DNA from: Haloferax volcanii DS2
Lineage (GTDB): Archaea; Halobacteriota; Halobacteria; Halobacteriales; Haloferacaceae
Length of the DNA: 32,000 bases
Assembly: GCF_000025685.1 (NCBI RefSeq)
Contig: NC_013967.1
Location: 570,001-602,000 of the forward strand
Reading direction: 5' to 3'
The position numbers were made by a program, and so were the translations under genes. Positions 1 through 8,822 of this stretch are shown piece by piece. Position 1 is the stretch's first letter; each line of letters begins with the position of its first letter. Under the pieces are notes generated by a model, which worked only from the letters and a program-made list of their open reading frames with translations, was not told the DNA's origin and ran no database searches.

Positions 1-429
1 GATGAGCACCGTCCCGCCCACGTCGTCCAACTCCTGAAACAACTTCTTGAAGACGGTCTGTTGGGGGTAGCCGGTCGAGCTAATCACCGCACCGGGCGGC
101 CGAAGCTCGTTGACGAGTTCGACCGCCACCTGATACGAGGAGTTGAGCGTCTTGCAGTTGATGGAGATGACGCTGAGGTCCACGTCGTCGTACTGCGAGA
201 CATCTTCGAGGAGCATTTCCAGAAGGAACTCGGTGACTGCGGTCTTCCCCACGCCGGTGTTTCCGTACAGGAAGACGTTGTTCGGCTCCCAGCCGTCGAC
301 GACCGGTTGGAGCGCGTCCATGTACTCCGAAATCTCGTCGTCGCGCTCCTCGATGCGCTCGGGCTTGTAGGACTCCCCGAGGGCGTCCTTGTTGGTGAAG
401 ACGTTTTGTTTTCGCTCGAACCGGCGCAT
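1..429 (-). CDS. orc1: Orc1/Cdc6 family replication initiator, N-terminal 143 codons (gene runs off the window start)
   Basis: Own translation of the minus strand from ATG (complement of 427-429): MRRFERKQNVFTNKDALGESYKPERIEERDDEISEYMDALQPVVDGWEPNNVFLYGNTGVGKTAVTEF...DDVGGTVLI. Contains Walker A GNTGVGKT. Absent from the ORF track because no stop lies inside the window. Confidence 0.9.
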   Translation of the reverse strand, partial: MRRFERKQNVFTNKDALGESYKPERIEERDDEISEYMDALQPVVDGWEPNNVFLYGNTGVGKTAVTEFLLEMLLEDVSQYDDVDLSVISINCKTLNSSYQVAVELVNELRPPGAVISSTGYPQQTVFKKLFQELDDVGGTVLI

Positions 430-454
430 TAGCGTCGGTCCGTTGTAGCGTCCC

Positions 455-466
455 CTTATTTAAAAC
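455..466 (-). promoter_or_regulatory. TATA-like box for orc1/cdc6 (leaderless-type spacing)
   Basis: The minus strand reads GTTTTAAATAAG, centred about 30 nt upstream of the ATG at 429. Confidence 0.4.
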
Positions 467-627
467 CCCGATTTCATCTGATTCATGTGAATTGTGACGA
501 CGACGGTGTCGCCGGAGTCAGACCGCGTGTTCTCGTCTGGAACCGCCGTCTCTCGGTTGATGCTTGCTCACCCTATACTGTCCCATGTTATTGTATTTCG
601 TGGGTCATGTGAACTCGTTTGAACAGA

Positions 628-652
628 CACACACCATGTTTGCAAGTGAAAG
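628..652 (-). repeat. ORB-like origin repeat, inverted orientation
   Basis: The reverse complement reads CTTTCACTTGCAAACATGGTGTGTG. This nearly matches the copy at 958-984. Confidence 0.65.
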
Positions 653-788
653 AGAGTACGCGAGAGTAGCTAGTAGAACAACAGAGCATGTGTTCAACTA
701 AAGCGTTGACATATTTCGGTGCTCACGGTGTACGTCTCGGTGGGATGCGTCTCCCGTTAACGAGGCGTAGACGGCCTCAATCGGAGTG

Positions 789-812
789 AATCACCTGCAA
801 TGGTGGTGGGTG
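789..812 (+). repeat. ORB-like origin repeat 1
   Basis: AATCACCTGCAATGGTGGTGGGTG. Confidence 0.6.
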
Positions 813-836
813 ACGCGCGACGAGTCCCGTTCGAGG

Positions 837-860
837 TTCACTTGCACCGGTGCTCTCCCC
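837..860 (+). repeat. ORB-like origin repeat 2 (core only, degenerate G-string)
   Basis: TTCACTTGCACCGGTGCTCTCCCC. Confidence 0.5.
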
Positions 861-901
861 GCGCAGTCGCCGGTCCCACCCCCTCCGCGGCGTCACCGCG
901 C

Positions 902-928
902 TTCACGTGCAACGGTGGTGTCTGTGGG
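902..928 (+). repeat. ORB-like origin repeat 3
   Basis: TTCACGTGCAACGGTGGTGTCTGTGGG. Confidence 0.65.
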
Positions 929-957
929 TACGCCGCGACCCATCGCTTCCCCGCCAA

Positions 958-984
958 TTCACTTGCAAACGTGGTGTGTGGGTG
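958..984 (+). repeat. ORB-like origin repeat 4
   Basis: TTCACTTGCAAACGTGGTGTGTGGGTG. Confidence 0.7.
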
Positions 985-1021
985 TCGGACCGCGGCTTTC
1001 GCGTTCCGCCGCGGCGACCCA

Positions 1022-1045
1022 TTCACTTGTACGGCCGGTCTGTCC
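1022..1045 (+). repeat. ORB-like origin repeat 5 (core only, degenerate tail)
   Basis: TTCACTTGTACGGCCGGTCTGTCC. Confidence 0.45.
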
Positions 1046-1161
1046 AGCCGCGTCGTCTGTGACCCTTCGGCACCACCGACACGGCGCGACCGACGCTCCG
1101 CTCGACTCGACTGGTCGACGGGGTGACAGTCGTCCCGCCGGCGACGGCCCCGCCCCTCGAA

Positions 1162-2157
1162 ATGTCTTTACCTCGGATGCTGTTACCTACCCCCGTGGAC
1201 CGTTCCGCCCTCCGCGCGCTCGCACTGGCCCTCCTCGCGGTCGTCGCCCTCTCGGTCGTCGCCGCCACCATCGATTCGACCGTCGTCTCAAGCGGCGGCC
1301 CAGTCGGCTTCGGTGGCGGCGAGACCGGCGGCGCGGTCGCTGGAGACACAGACGAGACCGGCACCCAACCGTCCGGTGATTCGTCCGGCAGTCTCAGCAT
1401 CCCGACGCCGTGTTTCCCGTGGTTGCTCTCACCCGGAGTCCTCGCGGTCGTCGCCCTCGTCTTCGTCCTCCTCGGCGCGTACGCCTACCGGGAGACCGGC
1501 TCTCTGCTTCCGCCCCTCGCAATCTTCGCGGCGGTCGGGCCGCCGGTCGTCCTGCTTTTCGCCCTCCTCACGGGATGTCGCCGCGAGTTCTCGTTTTCGT
1601 CTCGTGCCGCGGCCGCCGCGCGAAACGTGTCGTTTCTCCCCGCCGGCGGCGGTGGTAGTCTCGGCCAAGGCGGGAACGCGGCGCAGAGCGTCTCACCGCC
1701 CACGGTGCTGTTCGGCCTCTTGCTCGCCGTCGCCCTCGCCGTCGCGGCCTTCATGCTCGTCACCGGGACCGGCGACTCGCCCGCGGCCGACGACGAAGTC
1801 ACCCCCGCCGACGAGGACGAGGGGTCGAACGTCGCCGCCGTCGGACGGGCCGCCGGGGCCGCGGCCCAGCGCATCGAAGACGGCGACGCCGACGTCGAAA
1901 ACGAAGTGTTCCGCGCGTGGGGTGAGATGACCGCGCTCCTCGACGTGCCGAACCGTCGCGCTGCGACGCCCGCCGAGTTCGCCCACTCGGCCGTCGACGC
2001 CGGGATGGACCGCGACGACGTGGACGACCTGACGACGCTGTTCGAGGAAGTCCGATACGGCGGCTTCGAGGCGACGCCGGAGCGGGAGCGTCGGGCGGTC
2101 GACGCGCTCAGAAGCATCGAACGCGCCTACGCCGACTCACCGGAGGGCGACCGATGA
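1162..2157 (+). CDS. Membrane protein with C-terminal DUF4129-like domain (MoxR/DUF58-associated)
   Basis: Track ORF 1123-2157 trimmed to the first ATG (MSLPRMLLPTP...). Several hydrophobic segments. The C-terminus NEVFRAWGEMTALLDVPNRRAATPAEFAHSAVDAG...LFEEVRYGG is typical of DUF4129. The stop overlaps the next start (ATGA). Confidence 0.75.
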   Translation: MSLPRMLLPTPVDRSALRALALALLAVVALSVVAATIDSTVVSSGGPVGFGGGETGGAVAGDTDETGTQPSGDSSGSLSIPTPCFPWLLSPGVLAVVALVFVLLGAYAYRETGSLLPPLAIFAAVGPPVVLLFALLTGCRREFSFSSRAAAAARNVSFLPAGGGGSLGQGGNAAQSVSPPTVLFGLLLAVALAVAAFMLVTGTGDSPAADDEVTPADEDEGSNVAAVGRAAGAAAQRIEDGDADVENEVFRAWGEMTALLDVPNRRAATPAEFAHSAVDAGMDRDDVDDLTTLFEEVRYGGFEATPERERRAVDALRSIERAYADSPEGDR

Positions 2158-2726
2158 CGCTGACGCGTCGGCTGTTCTTGCTCGTCGGCGTCGTCGCCAC
2201 GACCGCCGGACTTGCGGTCGTCGCAGGCGTCTCCTTCGGCCTCGAACTGACGGATATCTTCCTCGGACTCGTCGCGGCGCTCGCGGCGCTCCAGGGGCTT
2301 CGGTACGTCCAGCGCCGCCGCGATACGCCCTCGAACACCACGGTTACCGACGACCCGGAAGCGCGGATTTCGGTCCCGGTGCCCGGAGCCGACTTCGACG
2401 ACGACCTCGTGTCTGCGATGGGTCAGGGCACCCGCTGGGCCGCCCGCGAGCGCGTCGTCGACCGCCTCGAAACGCGGGCCAAGGAGGCGCTCGTCGCCAG
2501 CGGCGGTCACGCTCCCGAGGAAGCGGCCGCGCTCCTCAAAACCGGCGGGTGGACCGACGACCCGGTCGCCGCGCGCTTTCTCGGCGCGTCCGTCTCGATT
2601 CCGCTCCGACAGCGCGTCCGCCTGTTTCTGTCCGGCCGGTCGTCGCTCACCGACCGCGCCGAACGAGCCGTCGCCGCGATAGAACAAGTCGGCACTACCG
2701 ACGGCCCCGCGGGTGAGCGCCGATGA
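2154..2726 (+). CDS. Hypothetical membrane protein, translationally coupled within the DUF58 cluster
   Basis: 190-aa ORF with two N-terminal hydrophobic helices and GC3-rich codons. ATGA overlaps occur at both ends (2154-2157 and 2723-2726). Confidence 0.65.
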   Translation: MTLTRRLFLLVGVVATTAGLAVVAGVSFGLELTDIFLGLVAALAALQGLRYVQRRRDTPSNTTVTDDPEARISVPVPGADFDDDLVSAMGQGTRWAARERVVDRLETRAKEALVASGGHAPEEAAALLKTGGWTDDPVAARFLGASVSIPLRQRVRLFLSGRSSLTDRAERAVAAIEQVGTTDGPAGERR

Positions 2727-3991
2727 GTCGCGGGTTCGACACCGAACGCTGGACCGGCCTCGACGGCCTCGTCCTCGTGGCGGCCGCCGCGGGCGTGTTC
2801 ACCCGCGAATCGTCGCTGCTCCTCGCGGCCGGCCTCGGCGTGGTCGTCCTCGGTTACGTCCGGGTCGCGGCGATTCCCGAGGTGTCGCTCCGAATCGAGC
2901 GCGACCTCTCGGACGCGACGCCCGACCCCGACGACGAGGTCGAAGTCACGCTCCGCGTCACCAACGAGGGGTCCAGCACGCTGTTCGACCTCCGCGTCGT
3001 CGACGGCGTGCCGCCGGCGCTCGGCGTCGTCGACGGTTCCGCCCGACTGGGGACGGCGCTTCGACCGGGCGCAACCACGACCGCGACGTATACGGTCACG
3101 GCCGTCCGCGGCGAGCATTCGTGGGACGAGACGGTCGTCGTCGTCCGCGACCCGAGCGGGGCCGTCGAGTCCCGCGAGACGGTCGACGCCGAGACGACGC
3201 TCCGGTGTGAGCCCGAGCTCGCCGCGACCGCCGACCTGCCGCTTCGGGGCCTCACCTCGAAGTACGCCGGCCGCGTCGAGACCGACGTGCCGGGGTCGGG
3301 ACTGGAGTTCGCCTCCATCCGCGAGTACCGCCACGGCGACCCGATTCGGCGCATCGACTGGAACCGCCGCGCCCGCACGGGCGAACTCGCCACGGTGGAG
3401 TTCAGAGAGGAGCGCGCGGCGTCCGTCGTCCTCGTCGTCGACACCCGGTCTGAGGCGCACGTCGCCCCCGACGACGAGGGGGAGACCGCGGCCGAGCGCT
3501 CCGTGGACGCCGCGAGCGTCGCCTTCTCGGCACTCCTCGACGGCGGCGACAGCGTCGGCGTCGCCGCGTTCGGCCCCGACGAGTGCTGGCTCGCCCCCTC
3601 GTCGGGCGTCGACCACCGCGCCCGCGCCCGCCGGCTGTTCGCGACCCACCCGGCGTTCGCGCCGACGCCGCCGGACGGGGCCTTTTTCACCTCCGTGGCC
3701 GTGCGCCGACTCCGGCGTCGACTCGCCAGCGACGCGCAGGTCATCTTCTGCTCGCCGCTCGTGGACGACTACGGCGTCTCGGTCGCCCGCCGGTTGGAGG
3801 CCTACGGCCACGCCGTGACGGTCGTCTCGCCGGACCCGACGACGACATCGACCGTCGGCGCGCGACTCGCGCGCATCGAGCGCGACCTGCGGCTCCGCGA
3901 ACTCCGGCGCAGCGGCCTCCGCGTCGTCGACTGGGGTGACGAGTCCCTCGGTGTCGCGCTCGCGCGGGCCGAAGCGGGGTGGTCGCGGTGA
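2723..3991 (+). CDS. DUF58 domain protein (VWA-like partner of MoxR ATPases)
   Basis: Motif GLEFASIREYRHGDPIRRIDWNRRARTGELATVEFREERAASVVLVVDTR is characteristic of DUF58. An N-terminal TM pair is present. Confidence 0.9.
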   Translation: MSRGFDTERWTGLDGLVLVAAAAGVFTRESSLLLAAGLGVVVLGYVRVAAIPEVSLRIERDLSDATPDPDDEVEVTLRVTNEGSSTLFDLRVVDGVPPALGVVDGSARLGTALRPGATTTATYTVTAVRGEHSWDETVVVVRDPSGAVESRETVDAETTLRCEPELAATADLPLRGLTSKYAGRVETDVPGSGLEFASIREYRHGDPIRRIDWNRRARTGELATVEFREERAASVVLVVDTRSEAHVAPDDEGETAAERSVDAASVAFSALLDGGDSVGVAAFGPDECWLAPSSGVDHRARARRLFATHPAFAPTPPDGAFFTSVAVRRLRRRLASDAQVIFCSPLVDDYGVSVARRLEAYGHAVTVVSPDPTTTSTVGARLARIERDLRLRELRRSGLRVVDWGDESLGVALARAEAGWSR

Positions 3992-4485
3992 GCGAAATCA
4001 CCCGCCAGCCGACCCGGACGGGGACCGCACTGGCGCTGTCGGCCGCCGGATTCGCCATCCTCGCGCTCGGCTTCACCACCTCGACGGCGGCGGTCGGCGG
4101 CCTCGCCGCGACGGTCGCGCTCGCCGCCGGACTGGTCCGCGGCTCGCGGCGCATCGTCGACGCCGCGGGCGGGCTGTTCTTCCTCTCGCTTCTCTTCGCG
4201 GGCGCGAGCGGGGCCGGGACGGAGGCGCTTCTGCTCGCCGCGGTCGGGTCGATACTCGCGTGGGACCTCGCGGACAACGCGCGCTCCGTCGGCGCACACC
4301 TCGGCCGCGAGACCGACACGCTCCGGCTCGAACTCGTCCACGCGGCGGCGACGCTCGTCGTGCTCGCGGTCGGCGCGGCCGTCGTCTACGGCGCTGACCG
4401 GGCGGCCGCCGGCGGCCAGCCCATCACGGCCGTCGTCTTACTGCTGGTCGGCGTCGTCGCGCTCGTGGCGGTCGTGGCGCGCTGA
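3988..4485 (+). CDS. Hypothetical polytopic membrane protein
   Basis: Track ORF 3979-4485. I prefer the GTG at 3988 because it forms a GTGA overlap with the DUF58 stop, but the GTG at 3979 is equally possible. The product is very hydrophobic. Confidence 0.6.
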   Translation: MSEITRQPTRTGTALALSAAGFAILALGFTTSTAAVGGLAATVALAAGLVRGSRRIVDAAGGLFFLSLLFAGASGAGTEALLLAAVGSILAWDLADNARSVGAHLGRETDTLRLELVHAAATLVVLAVGAAVVYGADRAAAGGQPITAVVLLLVGVVALVAVVAR

Positions 4486-4518
4486 GCCGTGTCCGCTCCA
4501 CGCCTCACGCCTCCCGCC

Positions 4519-5469
4519 TTACTCCAGCGTCGGCACGGTCACTCGACCGAGCACGTCGTCGACGACGTCCGATTTCCGCACGTCTTCGACCCGCGCGTCC
4601 GGCGTCAGGACGAGGCGGTGAGCGAGCACGGACTGCGCGACGCGCTTTACGTCGTCGGGCGTGACGAACTCGCGGCCCTCGATGACGGCGCGGGCGCGGG
4701 TCGCCTCGAACAGCCGTTGGGTCCCGCGGGGGGAGACGCCGATGCGGACCCGGCGGTCGGTTCGGGTCTCCCGCGCGAGCTTCGCCATGTATTCGAGCAG
4801 GTCGTCCTCGACGCGGACCGATTCGGGCGCGCGGCGGATGGCGGCGACGGCGTCGCGGTCGAGGACGCGCTCGACGCTCGGGCTCTGATCGCTCCGGCCC
4901 GCACGCCGGTGGAGGAGTTCGACCTCGCCGTCGAGGTCGGGGTAGCCGATGGCCGATTTCACGACGAACCGGTCGACCTGCGCCTCGGGGAGGGTGAACG
5001 TCCCCTCCTGTTCGACGGGATTCTGCGTCGCGATGACGAAGAAGGGGCTCGGGAGCTGGTGTGTCTCGCCGTCGACGGTCACCTGTCCTTCCTCCATCGC
5101 TTCGAGGAGGGCGGCCTGCGTCTTCGGCGGCGCGCGGTTGATTTCGTCGGCGAGGACGACGTTGGCGAAGATTGGCCCCGGCGAGAACTCGAAGGTCCGC
5201 TCGCGCTCGTCGTAGATGTTCGTCCCGGTCACGTCGGCGGGAAGCAGGTCCGGGGTGAACTGCACGCGGGAAAACGACAGCCCGAGCGCGGTGGCGACGC
5301 TCCGCGCGGTGAGCGTCTTTCCGGTTCCCGGAACGTCTTCGAGGAGGACGTGGCCGCGGGCGAGGACGCCCGTCAGGACGGTTTCGAGGAAGGCTCGGTC
5401 GGCGATGACGGCCTCCGAGATGGCGTCGAGCACCTCGGAGCACGTCTCGCTGGCCGTGTCGATGTCCAT
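4519..5469 (-). CDS. MoxR family AAA+ ATPase
   Basis: GHVLLEDVPGTGKTLTARSVA (Walker A), NVVLADEINRAPPKTQAALLEAMEE (Walker B / sensor), and QNPVEQEGTFTLPEAQVDRF. Confidence 0.95.
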   Translation of the reverse strand: MDIDTASETCSEVLDAISEAVIADRAFLETVLTGVLARGHVLLEDVPGTGKTLTARSVATALGLSFSRVQFTPDLLPADVTGTNIYDERERTFEFSPGPIFANVVLADEINRAPPKTQAALLEAMEEGQVTVDGETHQLPSPFFVIATQNPVEQEGTFTLPEAQVDRFVVKSAIGYPDLDGEVELLHRRAGRSDQSPSVERVLDRDAVAAIRRAPESVRVEDDLLEYMAKLARETRTDRRVRIGVSPRGTQRLFEATRARAVIEGREFVTPDDVKRVAQSVLAHRLVLTPDARVEDVRKSDVVDDVLGRVTVPTLE

Positions 5470-5667
5470 ACACCACCCGGGTCTGCGTGCGACTTATTCC
5501 CATTGGTCGGTGGCGCTCTGGTCGGTCGCTCGTCGGTCGTCGACTCCGCCCGTCCCGCCCGGACGCAGTTGGGCCAGAGACCCGCCGACCGCATCCGTGT
5601 GACTCTCCGCCGCGGCCCTCGGAAATCGAAACGGATTAAACTATCCGCGAGAGAGGCAACAATGGAA

Positions 5668-5752
5668 GCCGAGGTAGCCTAGCCCGGCCAAGGCGGTAGA
5701 TTCGAAATCTACTGTCCATTCGGACACGTGAGTTCAAATCTCACCCTCGGCG
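5668..5752 (+). tRNA. tRNA-Ser (anticodon CGA), class II with long variable arm
   Basis: Hand-folded cloverleaf: acceptor GCCGAGG/CCTCGGC; anticodon stem GTAGA/TCTAC with loop TTCGAAA; variable arm GTCC-ATTC-GGAC; T-arm GTGAG-TTCAAAT-CTCAC; discriminator G. No CCA is encoded. Confidence 0.95.
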
Positions 5753-5858
5753 CTTCTTCCGAACGTCACCCCGCGAGAGACGCTCGTGTCTCTCGCCCCG
5801 CGTGACGAGGCTGTGCGACGACCCGAGATTTGAACCAGCGAGCGAACGCAGTGAGCGA

Positions 5859-5889
5859 GTGAGGTTCAAATCTCACCCTCGGCGCTTCT
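5859..5889 (+). repeat. Direct duplicate of the tRNA-Ser 3' end (T-arm through 5 nt past the discriminator)
   Basis: TTCAAATCTCACCCTCGGCGCTTCT is identical at 5733-5757 and 5865-5889. The preceding GTGAG is also shared, with one extra G in the second copy. Confidence 0.85.
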
Positions 5890-5943
5890 CGCGGCCACAA
5901 CGTTCCGAGCGGCGCGTCTCGTCGCGCCGCGACTCCGATTCTC

Positions 5944-6600
5944 TCAGTCCGACGTAGACTCCCACTCTCCCCAGTGAACGAGTTCGCTCGTGTCGATGCG
6001 CTCGCGCCAGCCCTCTCGTTGGAGGACCGGCTCCTCGGGAAAGCCGTCCTCGGGATAGCCGACGCAGAGATACGCAATCGGCTCGACGTGGTGCGGAATC
6101 CCGAGTACTTCGCGGACCTCGTGGGGGTAGAGAAACGACACCCAGCCGACGCCGACGCCCTCGGCCCGCGCGGCCAGCCAGAGGTTCTGCACGGCGAGAC
6201 ACGTCGAGTAGGCGTCCATCGCCTGCATCGTGTTGCGCCCGAGGACGTGCGGGGCGTCCCGCGTCGGGTCGCACGTGACGCAGACGTTCACCGGGGCGTC
6301 GGTGATGCCTTCCAGCTTCAACCGACCGAACTCCGACTTTCGAGGCTCTCGATAGCCCTCGCGGGCCGCCGCAATCGCACGCTCCGCGATGGACGCGACG
6401 GCTGCTTTCGTCTCGTCGTCCTCGACGACGACGAAATCCCACGGCTGCGAGAAGCCGACGCTCGGGGCGTGATGCGCGGCATCGAGCAGTCGCGCCAGCG
6501 TCTCCTCGGACACTGGATCGTCGCTGAACCGCCTGATGTCCCGCCGTGCGTAAATCGACTTGTACACGCCCGACCGCTCGCGCTCCGTGAACCCAACCAT
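5944..6600 (-). CDS. bluB: 5,6-dimethylbenzimidazole synthase (BluB, nitroreductase fold)
   Basis: Track ORF 5944-6915 trimmed to the ATG at 6600 (MVGFTERERSGVYKSIYARRDIRRF...). Close match to my memory of rhizobial BluB: HAPSVGFSQPW, LKLEGI, VCVTCD, YSTCLAVQNLWLAARAEGVGVGWVS. Confidence 0.9.
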   Translation of the reverse strand: MVGFTERERSGVYKSIYARRDIRRFSDDPVSEETLARLLDAAHHAPSVGFSQPWDFVVVEDDETKAAVASIAERAIAAAREGYREPRKSEFGRLKLEGITDAPVNVCVTCDPTRDAPHVLGRNTMQAMDAYSTCLAVQNLWLAARAEGVGVGWVSFLYPHEVREVLGIPHHVEPIAYLCVGYPEDGFPEEPVLQREGWRERIDTSELVHWGEWESTSD

Positions 6601-6705
6601 CGTTTCGATAGTCCTGACTGGCTCGCAAATCGGTTCTGATACGCCCGACGGAGCGCGCTTCACGCCACCAAAACAGTTACTAATTAGACACGAATGCCGG
6701 TCAGT

Positions 6706-6855
6706 ATGGACACCGCGCTCAAATACAGACTCGACGTCATCATCGCCCTCCTGTTTTTGGTCGTGCTCATCGAGAGTTACCGGGTTGCCGGCTACTTCGG
6801 CGCAGCGTTCGTCGTGGTCGTCACCATCGTTCTCGTCGCCTTCGCGCCGGAGTGA
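6706..6855 (+). CDS. Small hydrophobic protein (49 aa), hypothetical
   Basis: Own translation: MDTALKYRLDVIIALLFLVVLIESYRVAGYFGAAFVVVVTIVLVAFAPE. GC3-rich codons. The TATA-like TTACTAATTAG lies about 25 nt upstream. An in-frame ATG at 6694 is an alternative start. Below the ORF-track size cutoff. Confidence 0.4.
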   Translation: MDTALKYRLDVIIALLFLVVLIESYRVAGYFGAAFVVVVTIVLVAFAPE

Positions 6856-6992
6856 GCGCTTCGAGACGCTTGCTTCGAGTGTCGTCCTCGCGTAAGGTGT
6901 GCGACACCGTGGCACGGGGCCGTGCAGTCCCTCGATTTCACTTTCACTCTCCTAGGATTCGATACATATCCCCTGCCCGCGTCAGCGAGGGT

Positions 6993-7172
6993 ATGAGTGC
7001 GAACGCAGCAAGCGCGGACACGAGCGAACGGGACGGGACGCGACGCATCGACGTGACGACGGTCCGGACCGGCCGCGTCGCCGACTTCGCGGAGACGGAG
7101 CTCGGCGACGACGCTATCGGGTTCGAGCGCCGCGGCGGCTGGACCTACCTCGTCGCCAAAGGGACGCGGTAG
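6993..7172 (+). CDS. Small hypothetical protein (59 aa)
   Basis: Track ORF 6852-7172 trimmed to ATG 6993 (MSANAASADTSERDG...WTYLVAKGTR). The TATA-like GATACATATC is centred about 28 nt upstream. GC3-rich codons. Confidence 0.45.
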   Translation: MSANAASADTSERDGTRRIDVTTVRTGRVADFAETELGDDAIGFERRGGWTYLVAKGTR

Positions 7173-7207
7173 TCCGGGTTCGGATTCAGTCGTCCCGGGA
7201 GCGGGAG

Positions 7208-7212
7208 AAAAA
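7208..7212 (-). terminator. Oligo-T run downstream of the citramalate synthase gene
   Basis: The minus strand reads GTCGCGGCCGCGTTTTTCTCC about 30 nt after the stop. Archaeal terminators are typically T-runs. Confidence 0.3.
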
Positions 7213-7241
7213 CGCGGCCGCGACGCGACAGGGTCGTCTTC

Positions 7242-8822
<1,581 letters not shown>

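Larger units (their letters stand above)
470..1045. other. Replication origin (oriC-type): AT-rich core flanked by ORB-like repeats, next to orc1/cdc6
   Basis: Largest non-coding gap in the window (430-1161). It holds the only strongly AT-rich stretch (about 560-730) and six copies of TTCACNTGCAA(A)C plus a G/T-rich tail, one of them inverted. It lies directly upstream of an Orc1/Cdc6 gene. Confidence 0.75.

Noticed and set aside
789-1045. A regularly spaced direct-repeat array that might be a small CRISPR.
   Set aside because: The repeats are degenerate, with a core of only about 12 nt. Spacing is irregular (47-65 bp). One copy is inverted across an AT-rich region. No cas genes are present, and an Orc1/Cdc6 gene is adjacent. 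The origin ORB interpretation fits better.
786-1400. Several overlapping track ORFs (786-1379, 800-1126, 850-1062 on the plus strand; 838-1026 and 1023-1400 on the minus strand) covering the ORB repeat region.
   Set aside because: They overlap each other in different frames and have Arg/Pro-rich, low-complexity products with no recognisable domains. They are built on the origin repeats themselves. They are high-GC open frames, not genes.
2507-3811. A 434-aa minus-strand ORF antisense to the DUF58 gene, plus similar long antisense or off-frame ORFs (for example 11304-12821, 15780-17153, 16551-18011, 9808-10749).
   Set aside because: Their products are Arg/Gly/Asp/Pro-rich with no motifs. Each is fully overlapped by a homology-supported gene on the other strand or in another frame. 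This is a typical artefact of stop-codon-poor, GC-rich DNA.
5800-5890. A possible second (or minus-strand) tRNA gene, suggested by the extra T-loop-like sequences GGTTCAAATCTC and GAGATTTGAACC.
   Set aside because: No acceptor 5' strand, D-arm or anticodon arm can be folded on either strand. On the minus strand the T-stem halves (GCTGG / CTCGG) do not pair. I treat these as tRNA-derived fragments.
5944-6915. The full 323-aa version of the bluB ORF, with a 105-aa N-terminal extension.
   Set aside because: BluB homology begins at MVGFTERE (ATG 6600). The extension has atypical composition and is antisense to a better-looking small membrane ORF and its promoter.
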